A DNA stretch of 63,102 bases, filler included, from Octopus bimaculoides (lineage: Eukaryota): NCBI RefSeq assembly GCF_001194135.2. It is 4 parts of 3 records of this genome, joined end to end, with 100 filler letters (N's around TTAATTAATTAA, not from the genome) between each part and the next. Parts side by side here need not be neighbours in the genome. Positions count along the whole stretch, not along the records: positions 61,921 to 63,102 come from NW_026383774.1; 3 more parts are not named here. One strand, given 5' to 3'. Made by a program: the position numbers and the translations under genes. This document shows, in pieces, positions 61,956 through 63,102 of the stretch. The notes beneath the pieces are model-generated. The model worked only from the letters and a program-made list of their open reading frames with translations. It did not search any database and was not told the DNA's origin. Each line of letters begins with the position of its first letter. Within the stretch, counting starts at the first letter, position 1.

Positions 61956-63102
61956 CAATCATAATAATAACATGCACACACTCAGACACACAAATCCCTG
62001 AATAATAATTTTTTTATGTAGAGACATAACCAGAAATTTGAGTTAAGAGTTTAGTCATTCAAAGGCCATCAATGCACAACTGGTAGTTTAATTGTCTACC
62101 ATGGAAGGAAGAAGGTCAGAGTTAACCTTGGAGAGATTTGAACTCAGAGCACACAGAGTCAGAATGAATTTCTTAAAGCATTCTGTTTGACACTTTAGTA
62201 ATTCTTATTTCTTTATTGTCCACAGGGGGCTAAACACAGAGGGGACAAACAAGGACAGACAAAGGGATTAAGTCGATTACATCGACCTCAGTGCATAACT
62301 GGTACTTAATTTATCGACCCCAAAAGGATGAAAGGCAAAGTCAACCTCGGCAGAATTTGAACTCAGAACGTAAAGACAGACGAAATACTGCTAAGCATTT
62401 TGCCCGGCGTGCTAACGGTTCCACCAGCTCACCGTTCTTTAGTAATTCTGCTAAGTCACCTACTTTACACATGCACACGCGCACACACACACACACGCAC
62501 ACATGCACACACACACTCGCACACACGCATGCATACATAATGTAAACACTTTAATTCCACCTGTTGTATAATTGGCGTAATTACCTTTAATTAGATGAAA
62601 TTGGTAAATATCATCATTTGAACTTTATCTCATGAACAAGTACCGCCATACCTTGTTCTACCTCTCTTCCTCCCGTTCTGCAATACCAAATATTGAAGAG
62701 ATAAGATGGAATAAACAATTTATTATGGTGATCAATGGTTTTTGTTTCTCAGATCGGCAGAATAGTGACCTTGGGTGAAGAATTCTCAGCATAAAATTGA
62801 AATTAAAAATGCTGGAGGTCTCTGCAAGCACAGGCATGGCCATGTGGTTAAGAAGCTTGCTCTGCAGCCATGTGGTTTGCAGGATTCAGTTCCACTGCAT
62901 GGCACCTTGAGGAAAAGTCTTGTTATATAGCACCTGGCTGACCACTGCCTTAGGAATGAATTTGGTGATAGAAACTCTATGAAAACCAATTACACACATA
63001 CATACATGCAGAGAGAGACACACACACCCCCATACGTATTTATATATACATATATATTTATATACACACACGCATGTGTGTATATGTATATGTACATATA
63101 TA

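Overview
AT-rich, microsatellite-dense animal genomic DNA from a gapped draft assembly. The repeat families look cephalopod, probably Octopus; that is inference from pattern recognition, not a database result. The only supportable protein-coding gene is the 3' part of TMEM181 on the + strand: nine GT-AG exons between 5458 and 24164 that join into one open frame of 351 aa plus stop, with the 5' exons apparently outside the window. The rest is intron or intergenic DNA filled with tRNA-headed SINEs, decayed RTE and CR1/L2-group LINEs, mariner, hAT, piggyBac-like and Helentron-like remnants, a Penelope-like (GIY-YIG) retroelement remnant and simple repeats. The main unexpected signal is at the RNA level. 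Six loci from four sequence-unrelated repeat families carry minimal type I hammerhead ribozyme motifs with the same two peculiarities: one extra purine between A9 and G10.1, and a 0-2 nt loop on helix III. They include a tRNA-headed SINE inserted as a head-to-head pair inside one 12-bp target-site duplication, a 181-nt rod-like palindrome with a hammerhead core in its loop, a family with a non-canonical CUGUNGA core, and a sense-strand copy in a TMEM181 intron. All folds were read by eye; none has been tested for cleavage.
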